From the NCBI GenBank assembly GCA_965242925.1, contig CBDEUM010000014.1, forward strand, positions 1 through 64,000: DNA of 64,000 bases, in the 5' to 3' direction. The stretch is from Roseibacillus sp. (GTDB lineage: Bacteria > Verrucomicrobiota > Verrucomicrobiia > Verrucomicrobiales > Akkermansiaceae). Of the stretch, positions 21,338-31,675 are shown in pieces. Within the stretch, counting starts at the first letter, position 1; the number at the start of each line of letters is the position of its first letter. The translations under genes and the position numbers were made by a program. A model generated the notes under the pieces. The model had not been told where the DNA came from. It ran no database searches and saw only the letters and a list, made by a program, of their open reading frames with translations.

Positions 21338-22654
21338 ATGAAACGCAGAGTATTCGTTACCGCCGCAGCCGCCACCAGCCTGCTCAATCAGGTTCCTCTC
21401 CTGGCCGCCGCCGGGAAATCCGGAAAGAAGTACCGCACCGCCCTCATCGGTTCGGGCTGGTGGGGCATGAACATCCTCCGGGAAGCAATGGCCTCGGAAA
21501 CGATCCGGGTCGTCGCTCTCAATGACGTCTCGGATGACGCCCTTGAGGTGGCCGCCGAGGAAGTCCACGACCTCTCCGGTGACAAACCGAAACTCTACAA
21601 GGATTACCGCGAACTCCTGGAGAAGGAAAAGCCGGAGATCGTCATCATCTCCACCCCGGATCACTGGCATGCGCTCCAGACCATCGCGGCCGCCCGGGCC
21701 GGCGCCCACGTTTTCGTCGAGAAACCCACCGGCCATACCATCCAGGAGAGCCGTGCCATGGTAACCGCCACCAGGGATTCCGGCAAAACCATCCAAGTCG
21801 GTTTGCATCGCCGCATCGGTCCCCACCACGTGTCCGGGATGGAATTCCTCAGGAGCGGGAAGGTCGGCAAGGTGGGCATGGTCCGTATGTTCGTGGCCGG
21901 TGGCGGTGGCGCCGAGAAACCGCGTCCCAACTCGGAACCCCCGGAGGGAATGGACTGGGACATGTACTGCGGGCCCGCTCCGCTACGTCCCTTCAACAGC
22001 CGCATCCACCCGGGAGGATTTCGCCACTTCCTCGATTTCGCCAATGGCACCCTTGGGGACTGGGGAGTCCACTGGCTTGACCAGGTTCTCTGGTGGACGG
22101 AGGAAAAGTATCCCCGACGCGTGTATTCCACCGGGGGCCGTCCGGTCAGGGGTGAACCGGTCCTGACCGACACGGAGCAGACCACCGACGCTCCCGACAC
22201 CCAGGTCGCAGTCTACGAGTTCGAATCCTTCACCGCCACCTGGGAACATCGCCGCTACGCGGAAAACCCACCTGAGAAACACAAGATCGGTTGCTACTTC
22301 TACGGCGAAAACGGTGTCTTCCACATGGGTTGGCGCGACGGCTGGACATTTTACCCCACCAACTCCAGGGAAAAGATCATCCACCAGGACTCCCGGCTGC
22401 AGGAACCCGACGGTCACAACCTCCAACTCCTCTGGAGAGACTTCATCGACGGTATCGAGGGGAAGAAAGAGACGGTTTGCGGCATTGAATCCTCGCACCG
22501 TTCCTCCGTCCTCCCGATGCTGGGCATGATGTCCCTGAAACTGGGACGAAGCATCCATTGGGACGGAACAAAGGAGCAGGTCGTCGGTGATCCGGAGGCC
22601 AACAAGCTCCTCAAGCGCGACTACCGCGACCCTTGGGTCTATCCGGAAAGCTGA
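21338..22654 (+). CDS. Tat-exported Gfo/Idh/MocA oxidoreductase
   Basis: KRRVF Tat-like leader; IGSGWWG, TPDHWH, EKP, DWGVHWLD. Confidence 0.9.
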   Translation: MKRRVFVTAAAATSLLNQVPLLAAAGKSGKKYRTALIGSGWWGMNILREAMASETIRVVALNDVSDDALEVAAEEVHDLSGDKPKLYKDYRELLEKEKPEIVIISTPDHWHALQTIAAARAGAHVFVEKPTGHTIQESRAMVTATRDSGKTIQVGLHRRIGPHHVSGMEFLRSGKVGKVGMVRMFVAGGGGAEKPRPNSEPPEGMDWDMYCGPAPLRPFNSRIHPGGFRHFLDFANGTLGDWGVHWLDQVLWWTEEKYPRRVYSTGGRPVRGEPVLTDTEQTTDAPDTQVAVYEFESFTATWEHRRYAENPPEKHKIGCYFYGENGVFHMGWRDGWTFYPTNSREKIIHQDSRLQEPDGHNLQLLWRDFIDGIEGKKETVCGIESSHRSSVLPMLGMMSLKLGRSIHWDGTKEQVVGDPEANKLLKRDYRDPWVYPES

Positions 22655-22672
22655 GGCAACGTGGGCGCGGCC

Positions 22673-23242
22673 ATGAACCTGTCCCTGGAAGAAATCTTTG
22701 CGGAGATCGGAGGTCAGCCCAACAGCTGCTCCCTCGAAGAATACTATGCCTGGGCCCGCCATATCCAGAGCGTCCCCTCCTGTCGCTTTCTCGTCTTCGG
22801 GGTTGGCCGTGATTCGGTTGCCTGGCGACAGGTGAACCAGGGAAATCCCACTCTTTTTCTTGAGAACAACGAGGAGTGGATCGAGAGGGTGGCCACCCAG
22901 ATCGGGAGCGCGCATATCCGCTCCGTGGACTACGGGCAGAACTTCGGAGAGTGGGAGGAGACCATGTTCTCAGAACACGCCGTGATTCTTCCCGCCATGG
23001 CGGACCCGCCCTTTGATGGGAGCTGGGACTGCGCCTTCGTGGACGCCCCCTGGGGCCCCACCTTCGGTCGCCACCAGAGCGCACACGCGGCCACCTGCGC
23101 TGTCAAACCGGGTGGACTGATCGCCCTCCATGACTGCGAACGGGAGCACGAACAGATCGTCTGCAGGATCCTCCTCCAGGGCCGCGGATTTGAATTGGTG
23201 GAGGAGGTTGAGCGCCTGCGAATCTACCGGGCGCCTGCCTGA
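22673..23242 (+). CDS. DUF579 / glucuronoxylan methyltransferase-like (Polysacc_synt_4) SAM-dependent methyltransferase
   Basis: CRFLVFGVGRDS..W..VN.G.TLFLE...W, WD..FVDAP.G...GR, HD..R..E and RLR.Y occur in the same order as in plant DUF579 proteins; alternative GTG start at 22661. Confidence 0.7.
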   Translation: MNLSLEEIFAEIGGQPNSCSLEEYYAWARHIQSVPSCRFLVFGVGRDSVAWRQVNQGNPTLFLENNEEWIERVATQIGSAHIRSVDYGQNFGEWEETMFSEHAVILPAMADPPFDGSWDCAFVDAPWGPTFGRHQSAHAATCAVKPGGLIALHDCEREHEQIVCRILLQGRGFELVEEVERLRIYRAPA

Positions 23243-23383
23243 AATTATTCCGACCTCCACCATCCTCCCTGGAGCAACCAAGAGACACCAGAAGACGTGC
23301 CCCCTGCCCCCGAGCCGGATGCTTTCAGGGGGGAGACCCCATCACTGGCGCACTCCCCCCCGAAAAATGTGAAGCGCCCGTTT

Positions 23384-25609
23384 CTATTGCGCCTTCAGCA
23401 GGGCCACCACGTCACTGAGCCCATTGTTGAGGGCCATTTCAAGTGGGGTCCTGTTGTTGTTCCCCCCCCGGAGATCAGGATTCGTTCCGTGCTTGAGAAG
23501 CAACTGGATACATTTCAGGTAGGGCTTGTTGAACTCGTCCTTGCCATTGACCATGTTCCACATGGCGTAATGCAGCGCGGTCTGTCCATTTCTGGAGCGC
23601 AGGTTCGGGTCGATCTTCGCCTCCGTGAGCAGGAACTCCAGCATCTCCGGTTGTCCCCAGAAGGCGGATTCATGGGTCACAAAACCGCCATTCCCGTTGG
23701 CCAAGCCGACCTCGGCTCCGTTGGCAAGCAGCAGCTTTGCCGACGCAATATGGGAGGAGCCTGCCGTCACGTTCAGCGGGGTTTTCATGAAGCGGGCCCT
23801 CCTGTTCACATCAGCCTTGTGGGCAATAAGGAGCTTCATGATCTCCAGATGGCCTCCGATCCCTGCATACCCGAGCGCCCCATAGGAGTTCCGGGATGCC
23901 GTATCAGGACTCACCCCAGCCTTGAGCAATTCCGCCACCTTCTTCTTGTTTCCATCGCGGGCTGCAATCAGGAGCGCCTCCTCCGGATGGCTCATTCGCC
24001 TGTATACCCCGGAATGCGAATTGTTGACCCAGGCTTTCTGGGAGGCCTTGGCGATCACCCTCAGGGAGTCCTGCATCGGAATGAACTCCCCCTCCAGAGG
24101 AGTAGAGAGGTTGATGCGACCCTGGAGGTTGGCCCCGACGGCCGGCAACCATCCATTCTCGTCCGCACCAATGCCATCGAACGCGTTGTTCGCTGACCGG
24201 GAGGCGAGATTATTGTCCAGATAGAGCCTTACTCCCTTGTCCTTTTCAGTCACGGCAACCAGATGGTGCATCTTCCCATCATCAATCTTGGTGTTGTTCC
24301 GGGCCCACATCCCCCCAACGAATCCCATGTTGTTGGTTAAATTGAACCGATGAATTCGCCAGTCGGATGGCCCAAGGTCTCCCATGGCCAGGAGAGTCTG
24401 CCAACGCTTGTCGAACTTGTTGGCACTGAACCACAGTGAGACCGTAATGCTGCCACTGGCCGGGGTGTAATCCGCTGCCTTTCCCCCAAGGGTAACAAAT
24501 TGATTGTCCCCATTGAGCTGCAGAGCCAGCCCGGTCTGGCCTTTCACGAATCCTGGTGAGTTCTCACCCTTGCCATGACGTCCGTTGCCACTTGCATCCT
24601 TCAGGTTGCCATCAAACGGCCAGTGGCCGATCAGGCCCTCTGACAGTCCCTTGGAAACCTTGGCGGAACCCTGTCCTCTATTCCACAGGGACGCTATGTC
24701 ATCGTCGCCAAGGGCTCTTCCCCAGATCCTGACATCATCAACTCTTCCGTTCCAGGTGCGATCCTTGTAAAACCAGTCAGATCGGAAAGTCGTGTGAACT
24801 GCCTTCCGGTTCGTCTCCACGAAACTTCCGGATCCTCCCAGCAAAAGCTGTGGATCGAGCGTAAAGTCGGTGCTGGGCAGGTTCGTGTTGATGCCCTGGA
24901 TCGCAATCACATTCTTACCGGTCCGGAATGCGCTGGCATATTCACTGAGGGAGAAATACTCCGCCCCGTTGGCCTCGTGGTTGGTAACAGTGGTTTCTCC
25001 CGTTTTCTCATCGACCGTCACGTTGCTCGAACTGAACAGGCGCCGACCGTTGGCATGGAGAATGAAGCCATCATCATAATTGATCAAAAGGCCCAGGCCC
25101 TTGAGCTCCACTTTCTCAGGCAATTCAAACTCCCGCCGGATGAACACGGAAAGGTATTTGCCCTCCATGTCATCAAGAACGGTTTCATCATCGTCATCGC
25201 CGTAGCCGAATCCGGCTTTTCCGGTCTTCCAGCCCGCCTTCCCCGCATCGAAGGAAAGCCCGGTCCATGAACTGTCCTTCGGGATCTTTCCTCCCGCAAG
25301 ATAGTGCCATTCAGATCCCTGTTCGATGATGGTCTTGCTTTCGCCGTCGGCGGATGAATCCAGTTTCAGGTCAGATGTCCGCTCAACTCTGAGATTTCCC
25401 TTCCAGTCGTAAAACGTACTGGTCACTTTGCCGGGAGAGATTCTCTTGATCTCATACTGGTCACCCCGGTACATGATCCAATCACCACTGACCTGCTTCA
25501 GCAGGTCGGGAGGATCTTCCGCTTTTCCGGGTTGGGTCCAAACCACCAACCAGACAGGCACAAGTAGTTTGATAAGTTTCTTATCTATCGTTGTCAGCGT
25601 TTTCATCAT
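23384..25609 (-). CDS. Secreted protein with jelly-roll and LamG domains and C-terminal ankyrin repeats
   Basis: Signal peptide; GFGYGDDDD..YDDGF domain; GLIGHWPFDG LamG; ankyrin repeats (TPLN.TA, TALHYA, TPLEMA). Confidence 0.8.
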   Translation of the reverse strand: MMKTLTTIDKKLIKLLVPVWLVVWTQPGKAEDPPDLLKQVSGDWIMYRGDQYEIKRISPGKVTSTFYDWKGNLRVERTSDLKLDSSADGESKTIIEQGSEWHYLAGGKIPKDSSWTGLSFDAGKAGWKTGKAGFGYGDDDDETVLDDMEGKYLSVFIRREFELPEKVELKGLGLLINYDDGFILHANGRRLFSSSNVTVDEKTGETTVTNHEANGAEYFSLSEYASAFRTGKNVIAIQGINTNLPSTDFTLDPQLLLGGSGSFVETNRKAVHTTFRSDWFYKDRTWNGRVDDVRIWGRALGDDDIASLWNRGQGSAKVSKGLSEGLIGHWPFDGNLKDASGNGRHGKGENSPGFVKGQTGLALQLNGDNQFVTLGGKAADYTPASGSITVSLWFSANKFDKRWQTLLAMGDLGPSDWRIHRFNLTNNMGFVGGMWARNNTKIDDGKMHHLVAVTEKDKGVRLYLDNNLASRSANNAFDGIGADENGWLPAVGANLQGRINLSTPLEGEFIPMQDSLRVIAKASQKAWVNNSHSGVYRRMSHPEEALLIAARDGNKKKVAELLKAGVSPDTASRNSYGALGYAGIGGHLEIMKLLIAHKADVNRRARFMKTPLNVTAGSSHIASAKLLLANGAEVGLANGNGGFVTHESAFWGQPEMLEFLLTEAKIDPNLRSRNGQTALHYAMWNMVNGKDEFNKPYLKCIQLLLKHGTNPDLRGGNNNRTPLEMALNNGLSDVVALLKAQ

Positions 25610-25966
25610 ATCAATCTTTGTGGATTCTTAATTCGGAGCACCTCCCGGAGGCCTCCTTACCATGCGTCATCCGCCGGCATTCCGTGTCAGTCATGCCCAA
25701 CTCGATTCCGTTGAAGGATCCAATCAGAGGAGCGGGAATTCATAACCAGGAAAGGAAATCCTAAGAATCTTCGCAGCACCAGCATAAGAGCCCTCCCTTT
25801 TCAGGGAATTTCACGTGTCTTTACGACAATATTACGGTCCAACGAATTACCAAGGTCCCCCCCATATCCCTTTCCCTACGTCCGGTCAGGACATGGCCCG
25901 GATCCCGAGATCCATGAAGGCCTCGAAACCTCTTCGATCGCACCCCCCGGGGGCCACCTTCCTGGC

Positions 25967-27592
25967 TCACTTCCCGGCGGAGCGTCGGGACGAATCTATC
26001 AATTTGCCGTCCGCCGTCATGGCCTCATACAAAACATGGTTGTCTCTGAGAGTGACCTTGATCAGGTGATTAGTGGCTTCGGCATGGGCAAGAAAAGGCC
26101 GGGTTTTCGTTACATTTCTTGCCACCCCTCTGGTTCTCGTCCCCCACGCCCCGTCACCCATGTATACCACGCCTCCGGCATCATCACGCCTGCCCGCCGT
26201 AAGGGGATGGGTTCTCTTGTAAACATGATGATCATTTTCAAAAACGGCATTCACGCGATGCTGCTCGAACAGAGGGCACCATGATCGCTGAATCTCGACG
26301 GCATCCGGCTTCGCACCCGTTCCCCACGCGGGCCGGTGGTAGCACACGAATTTGCGGGAAAACCCTGCGCGACTCTCCAACGTTTCGCGCAACCACTGAG
26401 TCTGCGTCGCGACATTCTCCGTATGGCCCGAGTCCAGGGCGATGACCGTCATGTAGCTCCCGAAATCAACGGCAAACTTGCTCCCGTCTGTCATCCCATG
26501 AAAGAGGCTGTAGAAGTGGGGGGCCTGAATCCTGGGAGGGGCATTCGTCGGGCGGTAAGCGGCACCTTTTACCTCATGATTGCCGATCACCGGAATCATC
26601 GGGATGAGGCGACCATCCGGTGCGATCGCACATTGGTTCCATGATTCTATCCATTCCAGCCAGCGATCCCCATCAACACCATTCGCATAGGCGAGATCAC
26701 CCCCGAGAAGCGCAAAAAGGGGAGATTCTGTCCCCGCTCTTCGGTTCATGGCATCCAGCATCTCTCTCGTATGAAACATGTCACCACCCGTGACGAAGCT
26801 GATCCCATCCTCGAATTCCCGGGGAGCTGTTTCAAAGAACCACGTGCCCAGGAGGTGGCCTTTCCACAAGAGTTTGAAGACGTAGCGTGAGCGCGGAGCA
26901 AGGTTGTCCAGATCCACGGAAAAAGCACGGTAACGGGTCTCTCCAAAGGGCCTGCTGGCGATCTCGGCACTCCCCCATTCGTCTCCCTCGCGAAGCCGGT
27001 AGGCAAAGACAAAGCCCTGTTCCGGTTCAACAAGCTCTTCAAGGGGCGGCACTTCGTTCCAGCGGACATCTTTTGAAGATCCCGGAAGATAATTCCAGCT
27101 GCTGTTCCCATCGCAGAGAGCCATCCGCCTGTTCCCGTCCCTGACGAAAACAGTTGGTCCATGCTTCGGATCGCCTGCAGATCGATCTGCCTTTCGAATT
27201 GAGAGCCCGAGCAACACCCTGCCGCCCGCGAATTTCTGCCCAATTCGAAACTCCACCGACTGGCCATCATCGGGAACCTGCCCGATTTCCTCACCATTCA
27301 TGTAAGCGTTGAAAGAATACCCCCCCGGCCATTCCACCACGATCAGCGATTCCCCGGTGAGACCCACGGGCAATTGAATGGGTCTGCGCAGGAACAGTGT
27401 CTGGTTCTCACCGAAATGATACGGTCCGGCAGCAACTCTCCACACCTCTGGCGATTCCTCATTGTTCTGCACCCAGTGAATTGCCATTGAGGTGCACGGA
27501 TCCCGATGCCACTGGCAGATAGGTCCGAAAACGGCCGAGGAGGCCTCGCCGAACGGAAGGCCGGCCAACAAGATAAGAAACTTTTTCGTCAT
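25967..27592 (-). CDS. Secreted metallophosphoesterase (purple acid phosphatase-like)
   Basis: GGDMFH, GGDLAY, GNHE, YHRP and DHHVYKRTH motifs; FN3-like N-terminal domain. Confidence 0.85.
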   Translation of the reverse strand: MTKKFLILLAGLPFGEASSAVFGPICQWHRDPCTSMAIHWVQNNEESPEVWRVAAGPYHFGENQTLFLRRPIQLPVGLTGESLIVVEWPGGYSFNAYMNGEEIGQVPDDGQSVEFRIGQKFAGGRVLLGLSIRKADRSAGDPKHGPTVFVRDGNRRMALCDGNSSWNYLPGSSKDVRWNEVPPLEELVEPEQGFVFAYRLREGDEWGSAEIASRPFGETRYRAFSVDLDNLAPRSRYVFKLLWKGHLLGTWFFETAPREFEDGISFVTGGDMFHTREMLDAMNRRAGTESPLFALLGGDLAYANGVDGDRWLEWIESWNQCAIAPDGRLIPMIPVIGNHEVKGAAYRPTNAPPRIQAPHFYSLFHGMTDGSKFAVDFGSYMTVIALDSGHTENVATQTQWLRETLESRAGFSRKFVCYHRPAWGTGAKPDAVEIQRSWCPLFEQHRVNAVFENDHHVYKRTHPLTAGRRDDAGGVVYMGDGAWGTRTRGVARNVTKTRPFLAHAEATNHLIKVTLRDNHVLYEAMTADGKLIDSSRRSAGK

Positions 27593-28042
27593 CGCTTCAA
27601 AAGAAAGGGTCCGGGGAAGCTCCCTGACCACTTGTGGATGCTTGCTTGATTTACTGTTTTCCGAATCCCGGAACGATTCCTGGCTCCCGAATGATCCGCC
27701 TCTTCATGCACAAACGGACCGATATCAAGAGCAAAGGCTCCCCATCTTCCCAAAACGGGCGAATATCCGCCCCCGCAGAAGGCAGGTATTCCCTGCTCTC
27801 TGTTCAGGATGGCAGCGCGCCTCTTACCAGATCAGCTCCGCCTGCGAGAAAAAGACCCGGCCTCAGCGAAAGCTCCGACATCGTTCCTCCTCCACCCGGA
27901 AACCTGATCACAAGAGTGTTGTCCCCGCCGGGTCACCGCCCGGTGAGGCCGGACCTGATAATCTCCCAGCTCCCCTCTATTGCCCCTCCGGTGAAAAGTT
28001 GCTCCCTTGCATTGCCCCCGGCCTGCGCCACCCTGTGACCGT

Positions 28043-28987
28043 ATGCCCGACCATTTCCCTTCTCCGGGAATCACGGTCGTGATGGCCATCGCCCTCACGT
28101 GCGTGCTTCTCCCTGGTTGCACCTCGCAATCCCGTAGCCCGGGCAAGGCCCGATTCACCCGCCCCTTTGCCACCGGACCCTCCTCCGAACATCTCCTCTC
28201 CGGTCCGAACCCTGACTATCCGGCAGACCCCGGTGCACGCGTTGAGGTCCCCCTGCCCGGCTCCGACACCGCGCCCTCCTTCCTCGACCTGCAACGGCCC
28301 CGGCAGCCGCTCTCTGCCGGCATTGAGCAGGTGACCTCCCGCGGCATCGCATTCACCTTCTTCCTCTTCGACGATCGCAATTATGAAATTTCGGTGGGGG
28401 ACAAGCAGGGTGGCCCCGGGACCGAGTGGCCCTCCGCCATGGAGGCCGCCAAGGCGCACGGAGCACTGGCTGCCATCAACGCCGGATTCTTCACCCCGGA
28501 AGGCAACCCGCTCGGACTGGTAATCGAGAACGGCAGACGTATCGGAACCTGGAATGCAGGTTCCTCCCTCACTTCCGGAGTTCTTTCGGTGGAAAGATCC
28601 CCGCGTCTTCTCCGCCGGCGGCACTGGCGCTCCTTCTCCCCCACCCGCCATCTCATACAAGCCGGCCCCTTCCTCATCGAGAATGACATCGCGGTGACCG
28701 GTCTGAGCAATCGCGACCGAAGTCCCCGTTCCTTCCTCATATGGGACGGTCGGCATTACTGGGCTCTCGGCTTTGCCGACAAAGCCACCCTTTCCGAACT
28801 GGCTTCCGCCCTCGCAGCCCAACCACTCTCCAGGCTCAGCATCACCACCGCGCTCAACCTCGACGGGGGACGATCCAGTGATCTGTGGGTCTCCCCACAG
28901 GTGCACGGCGGCCCGGTCTCCACCCGCCGAAACTGGAACAACCCGGTTCGGAACTACCTCCTCGTTCATCACCGCTCCCAACCATGA
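28043..28987 (+). CDS. Phosphodiester glycosidase (NAGPA/DUF2233) family lipoprotein
   Basis: AINAGFF, QAGPFL, ALNLDGGRS; lipobox LLPGC; start uncertain (28043 or 28082). Confidence 0.8.
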   Translation: MPDHFPSPGITVVMAIALTCVLLPGCTSQSRSPGKARFTRPFATGPSSEHLLSGPNPDYPADPGARVEVPLPGSDTAPSFLDLQRPRQPLSAGIEQVTSRGIAFTFFLFDDRNYEISVGDKQGGPGTEWPSAMEAAKAHGALAAINAGFFTPEGNPLGLVIENGRRIGTWNAGSSLTSGVLSVERSPRLLRRRHWRSFSPTRHLIQAGPFLIENDIAVTGLSNRDRSPRSFLIWDGRHYWALGFADKATLSELASALAAQPLSRLSITTALNLDGGRSSDLWVSPQVHGGPVSTRRNWNNPVRNYLLVHHRSQP

Positions 28988-29222
28988 GCCCGGTCCCGCG
29001 GTTCCTTGAATCGCATTTCAGTCCTTTCCCTTCCCTGCCGGTGCGAACAGTTACACATCTGTTCTTGTCCTCCTGACAATCACCCCCCCGCAACGATCAA
29101 TGCATCCTTTGAAGAAAGGTGCTCTATCCGTGAACAGCTTGCTCACAATCGTGTCTGTATTCCTTACGCGTCGATACTGGTCGTCGGCCTGTTCCTCCGC
29201 ACTCAATAGCCTGCCAATCCGT

Positions 29223-29645
29223 ATGCGTCGCCCTCGCTCCACCTCCCTGCTTCTGGCATCTCTGGCCTTTTTCCCTTCCTGCTCCCCCCTGAAGTTCTTG
29301 GAACCGCCCAACGTGCGGGGCAAGGTGACCAAGGGCGATATTGCCACCTTCAAACTCCGTGACCTGACCCGTTTCGGTCAACCCCACCTCGTCAAGGTGA
29401 GCGCCGGCGAGATCAAGCAACTCGATCGCAGCGAGCTGAAGAAAGGCCGCATGGCCTCTCTCGATGCCCCGCACGACTACGAACCGGTCAATTTCATTCC
29501 TCCAAGTCTCCCCGACAGAAGTATCAATTTCGATGGCAGCATCCTCCCTCCCAAGGACGGCGGCGCACCCCGTGGAGGCCCTGGATCCTTCCCCGGTGGA
29601 GCTGCTTATCCAACCGATATCCCACAGAATTTCTCGATCGAGTAG
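29223..29645 (+). CDS. Hypothetical lipoprotein
   Basis: MRRPR...LAFFPSC lipoprotein-like leader; typical codon usage. Confidence 0.6.
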   Translation: MRRPRSTSLLLASLAFFPSCSPLKFLEPPNVRGKVTKGDIATFKLRDLTRFGQPHLVKVSAGEIKQLDRSELKKGRMASLDAPHDYEPVNFIPPSLPDRSINFDGSILPPKDGGAPRGGPGSFPGGAAYPTDIPQNFSIE

Positions 29646-29693
29646 CAGCTTGGAGTGGTCAGGCGGGCCGATCTCGGCTACAGGCTGCTGCCC

Positions 29694-30815
29694 ATGCTCA
29701 AGGCCGGTATCGTGGGACTGCCCAACGTGGGCAAATCGACGCTCTTCAATGCGGTCACCCGCACTCGCAAGGCGCAGGCGGAGAACTACCCGTTCTGCAC
29801 CATCGAGCCCAACATCGGGGTGGTCAGCGTGCCGGACGACCGGATTGCCCCGCTGGCGGCACTGACTGGATCACGGAAGGCCATTCCCACTGCCATCGAG
29901 TTCGTCGATATTGCAGGCCTCGTAAAGGGTGCGAGCGAGGGCGCGGGCCTGGGAAATCAGTTTCTCGCCAACATCCGTGAAGTCGATGCCATCGTCCAGG
30001 TGGTACGCTGCTTCGAGAACGACGATATCATCCACGAACTGGGATCGGTCGATCCCATCCGGGACATCGAGATCATCAACACCGAGCTCATCCTGGCTGA
30101 CCTCGCCTCCACGCAGAAGCGCCACGCGTCCCGGGAGAAGAGGGCCAAGGGAGGCGACAAGGAGGCCGCCCGTGAACTCGCCGTGACCGCAAAGCTCCTC
30201 CCCCACCTCGAGGATGGCAGACCCGCTCTCACTCTGGAGCTCTCCGCGGAGGAAACCCTGCTCCTGCGCGACTTCTTCCTGCTTTCTGCCAAACGCACCA
30301 TCTTCGCCTGCAACGTGGCGGAAGACCAACTCGCTGGATCCCTTGAAAATCCCGGACAGCATCCCATGATTGCCCGCGTGCAGGAATTTGCCGCAGCTTC
30401 GCACGGCGCGGAAGCGGTCATCATCTCCGCCCTCATCGAAGAGGAACTGGTTTCCCTTGAAGCTGAGGAGGCCGCCGAGTTTCTCGCCGACATGGGAGTG
30501 TCCGATTCCGGCGCCACCGCTCTCATCCAAGGGGTCTACCGTCTCCTGAACCTGCGCACCTTCCTCACCTCCAACGGGAAAGAAACCCACGCCTGGGCCA
30601 TTGCCGGGGGGACCAGGGCCCCGGCCGCCGCCGGCGTCATTCATACCGACTTCGAACGTGGATTCATCGCCGCCGAAGTCTGCCCTCATCAGGATCTGGT
30701 CGAGGCCGGCTCCAGATCCGCCGCCCGTGACACCGGCAAGATCCGCATGGAAGGCAAGGACTACGAAGTCCTGGACGGCGATGTGATCGAATTCCGCTTC
30801 AACGTCCAGAGCTGA
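29694..30815 (+). CDS. ychF: Redox-regulated ribosome-binding ATPase YchF
   Basis: [57 protein letters not shown]. Confidence 0.97.
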   Translation: MLKAGIVGLPNVGKSTLFNAVTRTRKAQAENYPFCTIEPNIGVVSVPDDRIAPLAALTGSRKAIPTAIEFVDIAGLVKGASEGAGLGNQFLANIREVDAIVQVVRCFENDDIIHELGSVDPIRDIEIINTELILADLASTQKRHASREKRAKGGDKEAARELAVTAKLLPHLEDGRPALTLELSAEETLLLRDFFLLSAKRTIFACNVAEDQLAGSLENPGQHPMIARVQEFAAASHGAEAVIISALIEEELVSLEAEEAAEFLADMGVSDSGATALIQGVYRLLNLRTFLTSNGKETHAWAIAGGTRAPAAAGVIHTDFERGFIAAEVCPHQDLVEAGSRSAARDTGKIRMEGKDYEVLDGDVIEFRFNVQS

Positions 30816-30906
30816 ATAAGGGCCTCGTTTTCACGCTCCGGCCCTTCAATCGCAAAATCGACGATCCAGCCTCACTGCTGACCAGATCATGACACCGCAG
30901 CGGAGT

Positions 30907-31404
30907 CTAATAGTATGGCCTGTTCTTCTTCTCAGACTCCTTCCGTGCCTTTTCATCCCGGTCCCTGTGTTCGGCCAGCCTGGCCTGTCGCTCCTCCAGT
31001 TCGACCGCATGTCGCTTCTTCCGCATGGAGCGGGATATTTTGTAACGCATGCCGCAGTACGGGCAGTGCACCGGCCTGACATAAGTCGCAAGGACAAGGG
31101 TGGTGTGGAGGGTGTAACTGCCGAAGACGCGCTTCGCTGTCCCGTGCTTGGCACACCGCATCCCCCGCAGGAGTGATCCCCCACAGCCCAGACAGCGCAC
31201 CGCCGGTGACTCGATGAGAAAGATCATCAATGAGAGAAGGAAGATCCCACCCGCAATGCCCACCGGGAGCAGCCAGCCGGTATCGGTGGTCACCAGCACG
31301 ACGATCAGGAAGGCCATCCCCAGGGCCAGGGAGATCCATCGGATCAAACTCACCCAGGCTACCCAGAAATAGCGGATGGCAAGATTTGCACGCCTTTTAC
31401 TCAT
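30907..31404 (-). CDS. Hypothetical membrane protein with a zinc-finger-like cytoplasmic tail
   Basis: Two TM helices, then CLGCG...C..H...CPYCG and a basic tail. Confidence 0.65.
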   Translation of the reverse strand: MSKRRANLAIRYFWVAWVSLIRWISLALGMAFLIVVLVTTDTGWLLPVGIAGGIFLLSLMIFLIESPAVRCLGCGGSLLRGMRCAKHGTAKRVFGSYTLHTTLVLATYVRPVHCPYCGMRYKISRSMRKKRHAVELEERQARLAEHRDRDEKARKESEKKNRPYY

Positions 31405-31675
31405 TACCTGATTGGTGGAGAGACCACTCTGTTTGAATGAACACACCGAACAAGGCGAGCGATTTCAGCTTCTGCGCGTGTCGTTGAACAGCGAGCAGAG
31501 GGTCTAACAGGGAGATCTCCCGCTCCGTTTCCGGGCGAATCGCCCCGAATCCAACCTGCCGCAATTATATTGAAACCGCTTCGCTCGTTTTTTCTGCTTC
31601 CCGCGGTCCGACGATTCATTTGGCCGGCATGCGAATTCCGCTTTATTCTGTCTGGAATCCGCCTAGCTTCCCGCC

